DNA from: an uncultured Christensenella sp.
GTDB taxonomy: Bacteria > Bacillota > Clostridia > Christensenellales > Pumilibacteraceae
Direction: 5' to 3'
Assembly: GCA_910585955.1 (NCBI GenBank)
Contig: CAJUGC010000007.1
Coordinates: 6,320 to 70,319 of the forward strand
Length of the DNA: 64,000 bases
Shown: in pieces, positions 50,994 to 59,518 of the stretch
Position numbering within the stretch: position 1 is the stretch's first letter
Layout: each line of letters opens with the position of its first letter
Notes under the pieces: generated by a model
Database searches by the model: none
What the model was told of the DNA's origin: nothing
Seen by the model: the letters and a program-made list of their open reading frames with translations, nothing else
Made by a program: the position numbers and the translations under genes

Positions 50994-50994
50994 T

Positions 50995-51996
50995 TTAGAT
51001 TATACGCCCTCCGCTTGACTTTATAAGTCTGTTTATCAGTGAATTGCCTATTCCTCTGTCCGGCACGCCCTCGGCTATTACATAGCCGTATCCCTTTTCA
51101 TCCGCGAGTCTTAAGTCCGCGAACAAATTGTGCGCATATTCTTCGTAGTTCGCACCGATTTTTATCACATCGCGTTTTCCGTACTTTTCGGAGTTTTCGT
51201 CGAGGCACAAAACGACCGGTTTTCCGCCGCGCGACACAATGCCGTCGTACCAATCGCATATAGCCTCGGTCATTTTTTCGTAATATGCGGAAAAAAAGAC
51301 TTCGGCTTTCGGCGCATAGTGCTTATACTTCATACCGGGGCACAGCGCAACGCTTCCGTCCGTCACGATTTCCAATTCTCCCACGATTTCCTTTATCTTT
51401 TCGACGGGAAGTCCGCCGGGCCGCAACAGTCTCGGAACTTTTCCGGTAACGTCTATGACTGTGGATTCAATACCTATCTTGCACACTCCGCCGTCGAGAA
51501 TATACGGGATTTTGCCTTTCATATCCGCAAGCACATGATTTGCCGCAGTGGGACTCGGCGCTCCGCTCGTATTTGCCGAAGGCGCGCATATCGGAGTACC
51601 TGCCGCTCGGATAAGAGAAAGAGCCGTCTGCGAAAGCGGTATGCGCAATGCTACCGTACCGAGCCCGCCCGTCACTTCGTCGGGAACTACGGATTTTTTC
51701 TTCATTACAAGAGTAAGCGGTCCCGGCATAAACCGCGCGGCAAGCCTTAAAGCGACGGAAGGAATCTTTTCCACCACAGCGGACATTGCGCCTATGGAAT
51801 CCACATGGACTATAAGCGGATTGTCGCTCGGCCTACCCTTTGCCGCGTAAATTTTTTTAGCCGCGTCCCTTTGCATGGCGTCGGCGCCGAGTCCGTACAC
51901 CGTTTCCGTAGGAAAGGCGACAAGTTCTCCACGTTTTATCGCGTCGCCGCAAATTCTTATATTTTCTCTTGTCGGTTTCAGTACTTTTGTTTCCAT
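50995..51996 (-). CDS. tsaC: L-threonylcarbamoyladenylate synthase (Sua5/YwlC type, with C-terminal Sua5 domain)
   Basis: 333 aa. FPTETVYGLGADA, KIYAAKGRPSDNPLIVHV and PSANTSG are YrdC/Sua5 signatures. Confidence 0.92.
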   Translation of the reverse strand: METKVLKPTRENIRICGDAIKRGELVAFPTETVYGLGADAMQRDAAKKIYAAKGRPSDNPLIVHVDSIGAMSAVVEKIPSVALRLAARFMPGPLTLVMKKKSVVPDEVTGGLGTVALRIPLSQTALSLIRAAGTPICAPSANTSGAPSPTAANHVLADMKGKIPYILDGGVCKIGIESTVIDVTGKVPRLLRPGGLPVEKIKEIVGELEIVTDGSVALCPGMKYKHYAPKAEVFFSAYYEKMTEAICDWYDGIVSRGGKPVVLCLDENSEKYGKRDVIKIGANYEEYAHNLFADLRLADEKGYGYVIAEGVPDRGIGNSLINRLIKSSGGRII

Positions 51997-52049
51997 AACG
52001 TCCTCTTAAACGGTTTAACCGCTCCTCATTGCGGATATAATTTTACGGT

Positions 52050-52829
52050 ATGAGAGAGTCTAAAAGTTTACTTGCCGAAATAATAGACTGTATTTTGCTC
52101 GTGACAGTACTCACGGCGGGGCTTTTTATCGTCCTGCGTACTCGCCTGAATGCGCTTGACGCACTGTTTGCCGCACTTGCTTCGGTAGCATCCGTTCTTT
52201 CTTTTATCCGCGCCCGCGACCTTAAAACCAAGGCCAAGGAAAAACGTACAAAAAATTGCGAACGCTGTTTGAAGTCTCTGACGTTTGCCGGCGAAAAACA
52301 AAGGCTCGAATACTTTGCAAAGGCTTTCGGCAGGTTCGACGAGTTTACTGCGGTAAACGGTTATCTTATAGGAAAATCGGGAAAGAAACGAGTTTATCCT
52401 CTGTTCGTCCCCTCACCTGCAATACCGGGCAAACTCAGCCGTATTCACGACGAATGTGCCGACGCCGATTGCAAAGCGGTAGTCGTAATGCCGTCCGCGC
52501 CCGACCCCGCCGTCCTCTCGTTCATAGCCGACAGCGGACGCATAAAAGCGTTATACGGCGAAAAGCTGTACGACCTTATCGACGATTGTTCGATAGAACT
52601 GCCCGACACGAAAAAATCTCGCAAAGGCAAATTCAAGGCGCTTATGAAAACTGCGCTTAAGCGCGAACTTTTCAGACGTTATCTGTTTTCCGGAGCGCTG
52701 CTTATCGGCACGTCGTACATTCTCCCGACCTCGCCGCTTTATATCGCAATGGGAGCGCTATGTATTGCGCTCGCAATCGCCACGCTTATTCCCATAGGAA
52801 AGAAGAAACAACGCAAAACGCAAAACTAA
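52050..52829 (+). CDS. Hypothetical membrane protein (two N-terminal and two C-terminal TM helices flanking a cytoplasmic domain)
   Basis: 259-aa ORF with hydrophobic segments at both ends. No recognised catalytic motif. Confidence 0.6.
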   Translation: MRESKSLLAEIIDCILLVTVLTAGLFIVLRTRLNALDALFAALASVASVLSFIRARDLKTKAKEKRTKNCERCLKSLTFAGEKQRLEYFAKAFGRFDEFTAVNGYLIGKSGKKRVYPLFVPSPAIPGKLSRIHDECADADCKAVVVMPSAPDPAVLSFIADSGRIKALYGEKLYDLIDDCSIELPDTKKSRKGKFKALMKTALKRELFRRYLFSGALLIGTSYILPTSPLYIAMGALCIALAIATLIPIGKKKQRKTQN

Positions 52830-53170
52830 AGCTTGTCCTGTTTTTCGCCCTCGTCTAAAGATTCTTCGCGCTTTCCGTCGCCTTCGGAAACGGTTAGTTC
52901 GGCTTTCTCTCCGCCCGTTTCTTCCGTCTTGTCCGCATCCGTCAAGTCATGCCTTTTTCGAGCCTGTTCGTTACGCCTTTCCGCACGGTCGTTGAAGTAC
53001 AGAACAAAAAACAGCGATATGCCCAAAAAGCCGGTAAACAACGCGATAAAACCTATTCCGCCGTTCGGCAGCATATTTATATCTATAAGGCATAGGACAA
53101 GCGAAACGGTAAAAAGTCCCATGAATACGAGAGCTATTATAGATACGGCTTTTCTCAGTTTTTTGTTCAT
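52826..53170 (-). CDS. Small two-TM membrane protein with an acidic C-terminal tail
   Basis: I place the start at MNKKLRKAVSIIALVFMGLF (ATG 53168-53170, AGGGG upstream). Two hydrophobic helices are followed by an E/K/D-rich tail. Confidence 0.55.
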   Translation of the reverse strand: MNKKLRKAVSIIALVFMGLFTVSLVLCLIDINMLPNGGIGFIALFTGFLGISLFFVLYFNDRAERRNEQARKRHDLTDADKTEETGGEKAELTVSEGDGKREESLDEGEKQDKL

Positions 53171-53336
53171 AATAACGATTATCCCCTGCAACTGACATTC
53201 GAAAGAACAGCTACGTCAATCCACACGCTTTCGAGCTGCCCTTTAGTAAAGCAAATGCGCCTCACTTCTTATATTTTACCACAAAAAAAGACGAGGCGCA
53301 AGAGAATAAGCGGTTTATTTGATGTTTGTTTCGGTG

Positions 53337-55088
53337 TCATAAATTTTTAAATTGATATTCGTAAAGTTTTTTATATGTTCCGCCCTTTTCCATAAGAACG
53401 GAATGAGTCCCGCGCTCCTCTATGCCTTCGCCCGTCACCACGATTATTTCATCGGCGTTCTTTACGGTAGAGAGTCTATGCGCAACGACAAGCGTCGTTC
53501 TTCCCTCCGAAAGCTTAGACAGAGATTCCTGTATCAACATTTCGGTAGCATTGTCGAGGGCGCTCGTAGCCTCGTCCAAAATGAGTATGGGCGGATCTTT
53601 CAGAAAGGCGCGAGCAACCGATATCCTCTGTTTTTGACCGCCCGATAGCTTCACGCCGCGCTCGCCTACGTTTGTATCGTACCCTTCCGGCAAACTCGCG
53701 ATATAGTCGTGTATATTCGCCTTTTTCGCCGCTTCGACTATCTTCTCGTCGCTTGCGGTAAAGTCGCCGTAAGCGATGTTTTCGCGTATCGTACCGTTAA
53801 AAAGAAAAACGTCTTGCTGAACGATACCGATGTTGCGTCGCAGATCCGCTCTTTTCAACTCCTTTATGTCGTATCCGTCCACGCTTATCTTGCCGCCGTC
53901 TATCTCGTAAAAGCGAGGAATGAGATGGCAAAGCGTCGTCTTACCGCTGCCCGACGGGCCTACGAGAGCTATGGTTTTACCCGCGGAAATATTCATGGAA
54001 AAATTCTTTATTACCTTGTCGCCGCCGTCGTGCTTGTATCCGAAACTGACGTTGTCGAAAACTATATCCCCCTTAAGCATCTCGACGCTTATCGCGTTTT
54101 CGCTCTCTGTTTCGGGAGGTATATCCATTATGTCGCAAAACCTTATAAAACCCGTCGCTCCGCCCTGAATTTCCTCGTAGATAGTGGTAAGAGTGCGGAT
54201 CGGCGTAATAAGCGTACTTATGTATAATACAAATGCGGCGAATTCACCAACGTCTATCTTTCCGTAATAAAAGAACAATCCTCCCGCCAAAAGCACGACG
54301 AAATAAAGAAGATCCAACAGAAAAGTCATCGACGAGAAGAACTCGCCCATTACTTTATACTGCTTGCTCTTGGTCTTGACAAATTCGCGATTGCCTCGTT
54401 CGAACTTTTCGCTCTCGTGCGCTTCCGAAGTATACGCGCGCGAAATGCGCACCCCCGAAACGGCGCTTTCTATATCGGCGTTTATTTCACCTTGCGCCTC
54501 GCGCATTTTAGTAAATACACGTCTCATTCTTCGACGCATGAGAAGCGTATAAACGGCTATGAAAGGAATAAAAGCAAAAACTATCAAAGCCAGATATACA
54601 TTTATCGCAGAAAGCATGGCGAATGCCCCGATAAGCGTTATGAGCGACAAAAACACGTCCTCGGGACCGTGGTGCGCAAGTTCGGAAATTTCGAAGAGGT
54701 CGTTTGTCATTCGGCTCATGATGACGCCCGTCTTATTATCGTCGAAATATGAAAACGGAAGCTTCTGAATGTGCGCAAACAGTTCGGAACGCATATCGGC
54801 CTGAATACGCACGCCGACAAGATGTCCCCAATATTGCAGGACATAATTCAAAGCGGCTTTTATTGCGAATACAGCAAGCAAAATGCCCGAAGAAGCGAGA
54901 AGCAAATCGATCATCTTATTCGGGACAAAGTTGTTTATTATTTCCTTTGTAATGTACGGATAAACGAGATTGAACACAGATATTACGAGCGCGCAGATCA
55001 TGTCTATGATAAACAGCTTTCTGTGCGGTCGATAGTACGCAAAAAAACGCTTCAAAAGCCCCCTCTTTTTGACCCTTGATTTTTTCAT
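53337..55088 (-). CDS. ABC transporter, fused permease/ATP-binding exporter (MsbA/LmrA-like)
   Basis: I place the start at MKKSRVKKRG (ATG 55086-55088, GAGGAG RBS). A six-TM domain is followed by Walker A GPSGSGKTT, the signature LSGGQKQR and Walker B ILILDEATSALD. Confidence 0.92.
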   Translation of the reverse strand: MKKSRVKKRGLLKRFFAYYRPHRKLFIIDMICALVISVFNLVYPYITKEIINNFVPNKMIDLLLASSGILLAVFAIKAALNYVLQYWGHLVGVRIQADMRSELFAHIQKLPFSYFDDNKTGVIMSRMTNDLFEISELAHHGPEDVFLSLITLIGAFAMLSAINVYLALIVFAFIPFIAVYTLLMRRRMRRVFTKMREAQGEINADIESAVSGVRISRAYTSEAHESEKFERGNREFVKTKSKQYKVMGEFFSSMTFLLDLLYFVVLLAGGLFFYYGKIDVGEFAAFVLYISTLITPIRTLTTIYEEIQGGATGFIRFCDIMDIPPETESENAISVEMLKGDIVFDNVSFGYKHDGGDKVIKNFSMNISAGKTIALVGPSGSGKTTLCHLIPRFYEIDGGKISVDGYDIKELKRADLRRNIGIVQQDVFLFNGTIRENIAYGDFTASDEKIVEAAKKANIHDYIASLPEGYDTNVGERGVKLSGGQKQRISVARAFLKDPPILILDEATSALDNATEMLIQESLSKLSEGRTTLVVAHRLSTVKNADEIIVVTGEGIEERGTHSVLMEKGGTYKKLYEYQFKNL

Positions 55089-55104
55089 ACGCTCCTCTTG
55101 ACGG

Positions 55105-55635
55105 CTACTTACAGAACTTATCGAGATAGTTTGCACGAGCCTTGGAAATGATCCCGAGCGCGGCGTTCCTGTCCATGACTTCGTTTACCGCAGTCTCTTT
55201 GTTTTCGAGTTGCTTATAGACGGTGAAGAAGTGGCGCATTTCGTCGAAGATGTGTTTTGGAAGTTCTTTAAGATCCTTGTATCCGTTGTACGACGGATCG
55301 GCAAACGGAATCGCGATGATCTTTTCGTCGTTTGCGCCGTTGTCCATCATGGTAATTACCCCTATCGGATAAACTCTGACGAGAGACAGCGGCTCGAGGC
55401 TTTCCGAGCAAAGCACGAGCACGTCGAGCGGATCTCCGTCGTCGGCAAGCGTACGCGGAATAAAGCCGTAATTGGACGGATAGTGCGTGGACGTATAAAG
55501 CACTCTGTCGAGTATGAGTAGTCCCGTAGCCTTATCCAGCTCGTATTTTTGTTTACTGTTCTTACTTATTTCTATGACGGCTATAAAGTCGTCGTCGTTT
55601 ATTCTTTTATGATCTATGTCGTGCCAGATATTCAT
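55105..55635 (-). CDS. ppa: Inorganic pyrophosphatase (family I)
   Basis: 176 aa. IEISKNSKQKYELDK, YPSNYGFIPRTLADDGDPLDVLVL and DEKIIA are the family I PPase blocks. Confidence 0.95.
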   Translation of the reverse strand: MNIWHDIDHKRINDDDFIAVIEISKNSKQKYELDKATGLLILDRVLYTSTHYPSNYGFIPRTLADDGDPLDVLVLCSESLEPLSLVRVYPIGVITMMDNGANDEKIIAIPFADPSYNGYKDLKELPKHIFDEMRHFFTVYKQLENKETAVNEVMDRNAALGIISKARANYLDKFCK

Positions 55636-55705
55636 ATGCTCTCCTTGAATATTAAAAACCGCCGCTCCGCAAACTATCGATATAAATATTAACGGAGGGA
55701 ATCAC

Positions 55706-55819
55706 ATGATCGACGTAAGAAAGATATTCGAAAGCGAAACCGACCCGGACGGTTGGTACACGGGCGCGCCCGAAGGCGGCGAATACGAAGAACCCGTCCA
55801 GGACGCAGACGACCTTTAA
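55706..55819 (+). CDS. Possible 37-aa acidic small protein (below the cutoff of the ORF track)
   Basis: Sequence: MIDVRKIFESETDPDGWYTGAPEGGEYEEPVQDADDL. The ATG at 55706 is preceded by GGAGGG with a 6-nt spacer. It fills most of the otherwise empty gap between ppa and the protease gene. Confidence 0.4.
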   Translation: MIDVRKIFESETDPDGWYTGAPEGGEYEEPVQDADDL

Positions 55820-55828
55820 AACTTAATC

Positions 55829-56605
55829 TTAACCGAAATACGGAAGATATTTGCGGATAAAATCGATCACTATATCCGACGGTATCTCGTATTTCATGCC
55901 GTCGGCGTGCTCGTTTTCACTGAGCATTGCCGCCGCAACATGTACGCCTATAACTTTGCCGCGCTCGTTGAAAACAGGTCCGCCCGAATTGCCGCCGTTA
56001 GTCGCACAGTCTGTCATGATGCGAGGACGTCCTTCAACAGTACGTCTGCGATCGCTTACTATGCCGCGAGTTATGCAGGTGCCGTGACCGAGCGAATTGC
56101 CTATGACGAACACCGGCTCACCCGTGCGGACGTTTGAAAAGTCCTCGAACTCGAGCACGGTCGCTTTTTCGGGCACGCTTGCGAGCTTAAGGAGCGCAAG
56201 GTCGTCTCCGCGATAGTATTCTCCGCTTCCCGCCACGCTGCCCACGCCTATAACTCGAGCCGTGACGCGTTGACCCGCGATATTTACGTTGACGCTTCCG
56301 ACGGCTTCACTGCCGTTCAGAACAACATGAGCGTTCGTAATCCCGTAGCCGTCGCGCGTAATCAAAAGTCCGCTTCCCGAAAACACGCCTCTGTTGCTCT
56401 TCCAGCTTATCTCGAGCACGCCGCCGACCGTACTTTCGAAAATGTCTACTCCGTTCTGGTTATTGACGCTTGCCTGCGTGCGCGAACTTACCGCCGCCGC
56501 AACCTCGAAATCTTCGGCGGAAAACGCGGCTCCGCAAAAGTTACACTTATAATTGCCGCCTCCGAGGTCTTTACAGCTGCCGCCGCAGTTCTTGCAAGTT
56601 TTCAT
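55829..56605 (-). CDS. Trypsin-like (S1/HtrA-type) serine protease with an N-terminal zinc ribbon; no signal peptide, no PDZ domain
   Basis: 258 aa. The N-terminus MKTCKNCGGSC...YKCNFCG has a CxxC...CxxC arrangement. The catalytic triad context is TNAHVV (His), DDLALLKL (Asp) and GGNSGGPVF (Ser). An AAGGAG RBS is present. The gene starts 23 nt downstream of the AAA ATPase gene. Confidence 0.85.
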   Translation of the reverse strand: MKTCKNCGGSCKDLGGGNYKCNFCGAAFSAEDFEVAAAVSSRTQASVNNQNGVDIFESTVGGVLEISWKSNRGVFSGSGLLITRDGYGITNAHVVLNGSEAVGSVNVNIAGQRVTARVIGVGSVAGSGEYYRGDDLALLKLASVPEKATVLEFEDFSNVRTGEPVFVIGNSLGHGTCITRGIVSDRRRTVEGRPRIMTDCATNGGNSGGPVFNERGKVIGVHVAAAMLSENEHADGMKYEIPSDIVIDFIRKYLPYFG

Positions 56606-56628
56606 ACAGAATCTCCTTTAAAGTATTG

Positions 56629-58728
56629 TTATTCGTTCGAGCCCTTCCACTCGAGCAATTTTTCTATGTCCTCGCTTTGCACCGAAGACGTGACTTTTTC
56701 GAATGCCGCGACTACGTCGTCGTTGCAAAGTTTCTTTTCTCCCGTTTTTATCGCACGCAAAGCGGATTGCTCCTCCGCTTTATCGAGAAGCGCTGTTATG
56801 TCCGAACCGTTAAAACCGTTTGACTTTTCGACTGCCGCCGCAACGTCTATGTCGTCGGATACTGCCACTATGCCCTTTTCGCGTATCTTTTCGATTCGAC
56901 GCATAAGCATATATTCGCGCGCGGGCGCGTCGGGCAATCCCACATACACGCGCGTACCGAATCGTCCCGGGCGAACGAAAGCGCTGTCTACATCCCACGG
57001 CTTGTTTGTAGCCGCTATAAGGAAGAGAATGTTGTCCTTCTTTTTGCCGTACGATTCTATGCCCTGAAGCTGGGACAGAAGCTCGCTTCGAAGCTGTTTT
57101 GCGTATTGCGATTTCGTAGACTTGGGGGAAATCGAATCCATTTCGTCAAAGTAAATGACGGCGCACGGAAATTCACGAGCCTGTGCAAACAGCGCACGCA
57201 CGGCTTTTTCCGTATTGCCCACGCCTTGATTGAGAAGATCGGACGGCTTTACGGAGCAGAACTTTGCGCCTATCTCGTTGGCTATCGCCGCCGCTATCAT
57301 GGTTTTGCCCGTGCCCGGAGGTCCGTACAGCAATAGTCCTCCACCGCTCTTTCTGACGTAACCCTCGAATACCTCCGGGTTTTGCAGAGGCAACAGAACT
57401 TTTACGCGCACGACTTCCTTTACGTCGTCCAGCCCTGCAATATCGTCGAAATTTATTACGGGCAGACTGTCCCAATCGAATTTGTATTCGCTTGCCGGTC
57501 CCGTGCCTTCTTCGAGCACTTTCTCCTCGGGCGTAAGCGCTTTGTCATCTTTAGGCGCCGGCTTAGGCGGCTCGGACTTAGGCTTAGGCGGCTCGTTTCT
57601 TTGAGAAGTCTCTTTGGACGCGACTGGCTCGCAATAGCGTACCTCGGACGGAAGGTCGTCTATCGTAATGGTAGTCATAGTATCGTTGTCGGGGTCGGAA
57701 AGTCTCGCCACTCTTCCCGACTGACGCGTGACGATGTTCTCGAAAAGGTTGCGCACGTCTCTTCCGTTTCCGAAATTCTCGTTCCTGTTCTCATAGAGAC
57801 TGCGGAAATAGTCCTTGAGCGCAAAGCGAGCGTCCGCATCCACCGCATAATGATTTTTCTTGCAAGTCACATCGAATATTCCGTATAACTCGCTTCCGTT
57901 GTAATCGTCGAAGTTTATGAACGTCTTAAAACGCGAGCGAAGTCCCGGATTCGACTTTATGAACTTCTCCATGGGCTTGTCGTAACCCGCGACTATGACG
58001 ACGAGATTAGAGCGTTTGTCCTCCATTTCCTTTAAAAGCGTATCTATAGCTTCCTGCCCGAAATCGTTTGCACCGCCGTTTGCAAGCGCATACGCTTCGT
58101 CTATGAACAGCACGCCGCCGTACGCCTTTTTGAGTACGTCTTTTGTCTTGACCGCAGTCTGTCCCACATAGCCCGCAACAAGCCCGCTTCTGTCCACCTC
58201 GACGAGCTGACCCTCCGACAGTATGCCGAGCGCACAATAAATCTGCGCCATAAGTCTGGCGACCGTCGTCTTACCCGTGCCCGGATTGCCCGTAAATACG
58301 AGATGATACGACATATCGGGGACGGGAAGTCCTCTGTCTTTACGCATTTTAAAGACTTTTATTTGGTCTATCCAATCGCCGACTTTGCTTTTGACGGTAG
58401 AAAGGCCGACGAGAGCATTGAGACGAGAGAGCGCTTCCTCAAGCGAAATTTTTTCGTTTTTCACCGCAGTCACGGAGCTTGAAGTCTCTTCCTCTTGTAC
58501 CGCCTTTTTCTCTACGCCTATGCTTTCGGCTTTCTCGATAAGACTCTTTGCACGGTTGAAACGCGCCTTTTGCAGCTCGCCTTCGCTTGCCTTTGCCATT
58601 TTCAGCATTTGCTCTGCGGCAAGCATGAAATAGCGTTTTGCCAAGAACTTATCGCCTTTCTCGAGACAAGATTTTGCCTTGCCGAAATACAAGTCGAAAG
58701 TCTCGCTAAGCATACTCAGATTATCCAT
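56629..58728 (-). CDS. Tandem AAA+ ATPase: MIT-like N-terminal helical domain, SpoVK/CbbX-type AAA domain, Pro/Lys-rich linker, Vps4/FtsH-type AAA domain
   Basis: 699 aa. The N-terminus KAKSCLEKGDKFLAKRYFMLAAEQMLKMAKASEGELQKARFNRAKSLIEKAESI parallels the Vps4 MIT layout (...Y..A.e.fl......k....RAK...yLdRAEkL). D1 has LEEALSRLNALVGLSTVK and HLVFTGNPGTGKTTVARLMA, then VLFIDEAY. D2 has FDDIAGLDDVKEVVRVKVLLPLQNPEVF, LLLYGPPGTGKTMIAAAIANE, VIYFDEMD and ATNKPWDVDSAFVRPGRF. Confidence 0.85.
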   Translation of the reverse strand: MDNLSMLSETFDLYFGKAKSCLEKGDKFLAKRYFMLAAEQMLKMAKASEGELQKARFNRAKSLIEKAESIGVEKKAVQEEETSSSVTAVKNEKISLEEALSRLNALVGLSTVKSKVGDWIDQIKVFKMRKDRGLPVPDMSYHLVFTGNPGTGKTTVARLMAQIYCALGILSEGQLVEVDRSGLVAGYVGQTAVKTKDVLKKAYGGVLFIDEAYALANGGANDFGQEAIDTLLKEMEDKRSNLVVIVAGYDKPMEKFIKSNPGLRSRFKTFINFDDYNGSELYGIFDVTCKKNHYAVDADARFALKDYFRSLYENRNENFGNGRDVRNLFENIVTRQSGRVARLSDPDNDTMTTITIDDLPSEVRYCEPVASKETSQRNEPPKPKSEPPKPAPKDDKALTPEEKVLEEGTGPASEYKFDWDSLPVINFDDIAGLDDVKEVVRVKVLLPLQNPEVFEGYVRKSGGGLLLYGPPGTGKTMIAAAIANEIGAKFCSVKPSDLLNQGVGNTEKAVRALFAQAREFPCAVIYFDEMDSISPKSTKSQYAKQLRSELLSQLQGIESYGKKKDNILFLIAATNKPWDVDSAFVRPGRFGTRVYVGLPDAPAREYMLMRRIEKIREKGIVAVSDDIDVAAAVEKSNGFNGSDITALLDKAEEQSALRAIKTGEKKLCNDDVVAAFEKVTSSVQSEDIEKLLEWKGSNE

Positions 58729-58804
58729 TCAATACCTCTCTGATTTTTTTTCGGATCGGAAATCGCCGCCGAACTTCAAATAAGCCGACGGCGATACAAC
58801 GCTC

Positions 58805-59377
58805 TTATATGCCCGAATCTATTTTCTTTTTCAGGGCTTCGAGTTCCTTGTCTATCATGCTTTCGGTCATGCCGTCCGCCGCCGCGGTATTCGTGAACAA
58901 CGCCTCGATCTCGGCGTTTTCGCTCTCGCTCGACATCGTGCCCGTCGAAAAAGCGGACTGTGTGTCGTCCATGAAATTCTCGAGCTGTTCCGTCTGCATT
59001 TCCATACCCATCATGGCTTCGTTGAACTGCTTTTGAACCTTTAAGAAATCTTTTTCTTTCGTGATTTTCATCATATCTTTGGAAAGCGAACTCATGCCGT
59101 CCAAAAACTGCACTGTCATCTGCGACATATCCTTCATCTGCGAGGTTATTTCGAAATTAAGCTTCATCTCATACACTCGCTTTTGCTGCGTGAGCGTCAT
59201 TTTAAGTCCGGACAGCGCAAGATTATACTGAGCGGTCAAGCCCTTTTGCTTCGCCGTCTTGCCGGCTTCTATGTAAACTTTTTTTTGCTCCTCGAGCTTT
59301 TGTATCTGCTTGTTCATGGTGTTGATCGTCTTATTGATCAACATCTTCTTTTCAAGTTCTTTTTTCGTATTTGCCAT
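58805..59377 (-). CDS. ESCRT-III-superfamily protein, CHMP2/3 (Vps2/Vps24)-like, with a C-terminal MIM1-like motif
   Basis: 190 aa, all-helical. It lines up by eye with CHMP3: IQKLEEQKKVYIEAGKTAKQKG against IRDIQREEEKVKRSVKDAAKKGQ, and LSKDMMKITKEKDFLKVQKQFNEAMMGMEMQTEQLENFMDD against STEVMKAMQSL..IQATMRELSKEMMKAGIIEEMLEDTFES. An acidic linker follows. The C-terminus ESMIDKELEALKKKI fits (D/E)xxLxxRLxxL(K/R), apart from Glu at the Arg position and Ile at the first Leu. Confidence 0.6.
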   Translation of the reverse strand: MANTKKELEKKMLINKTINTMNKQIQKLEEQKKVYIEAGKTAKQKGLTAQYNLALSGLKMTLTQQKRVYEMKLNFEITSQMKDMSQMTVQFLDGMSSLSKDMMKITKEKDFLKVQKQFNEAMMGMEMQTEQLENFMDDTQSAFSTGTMSSESENAEIEALFTNTAAADGMTESMIDKELEALKKKIDSGI

Positions 59378-59518
59378 TATCTAAATCATACTCCATTTTA
59401 ATAAAATCGGTTGAAGCGCTCTTTCACGCAAGTCTTGTCACCTCTTTCGTGGCTTGGAATCGACATAGCACGCAAGACGGACAAAAGCGGCACGCCGCCG
59501 AAACGTGATAAATGCGTT

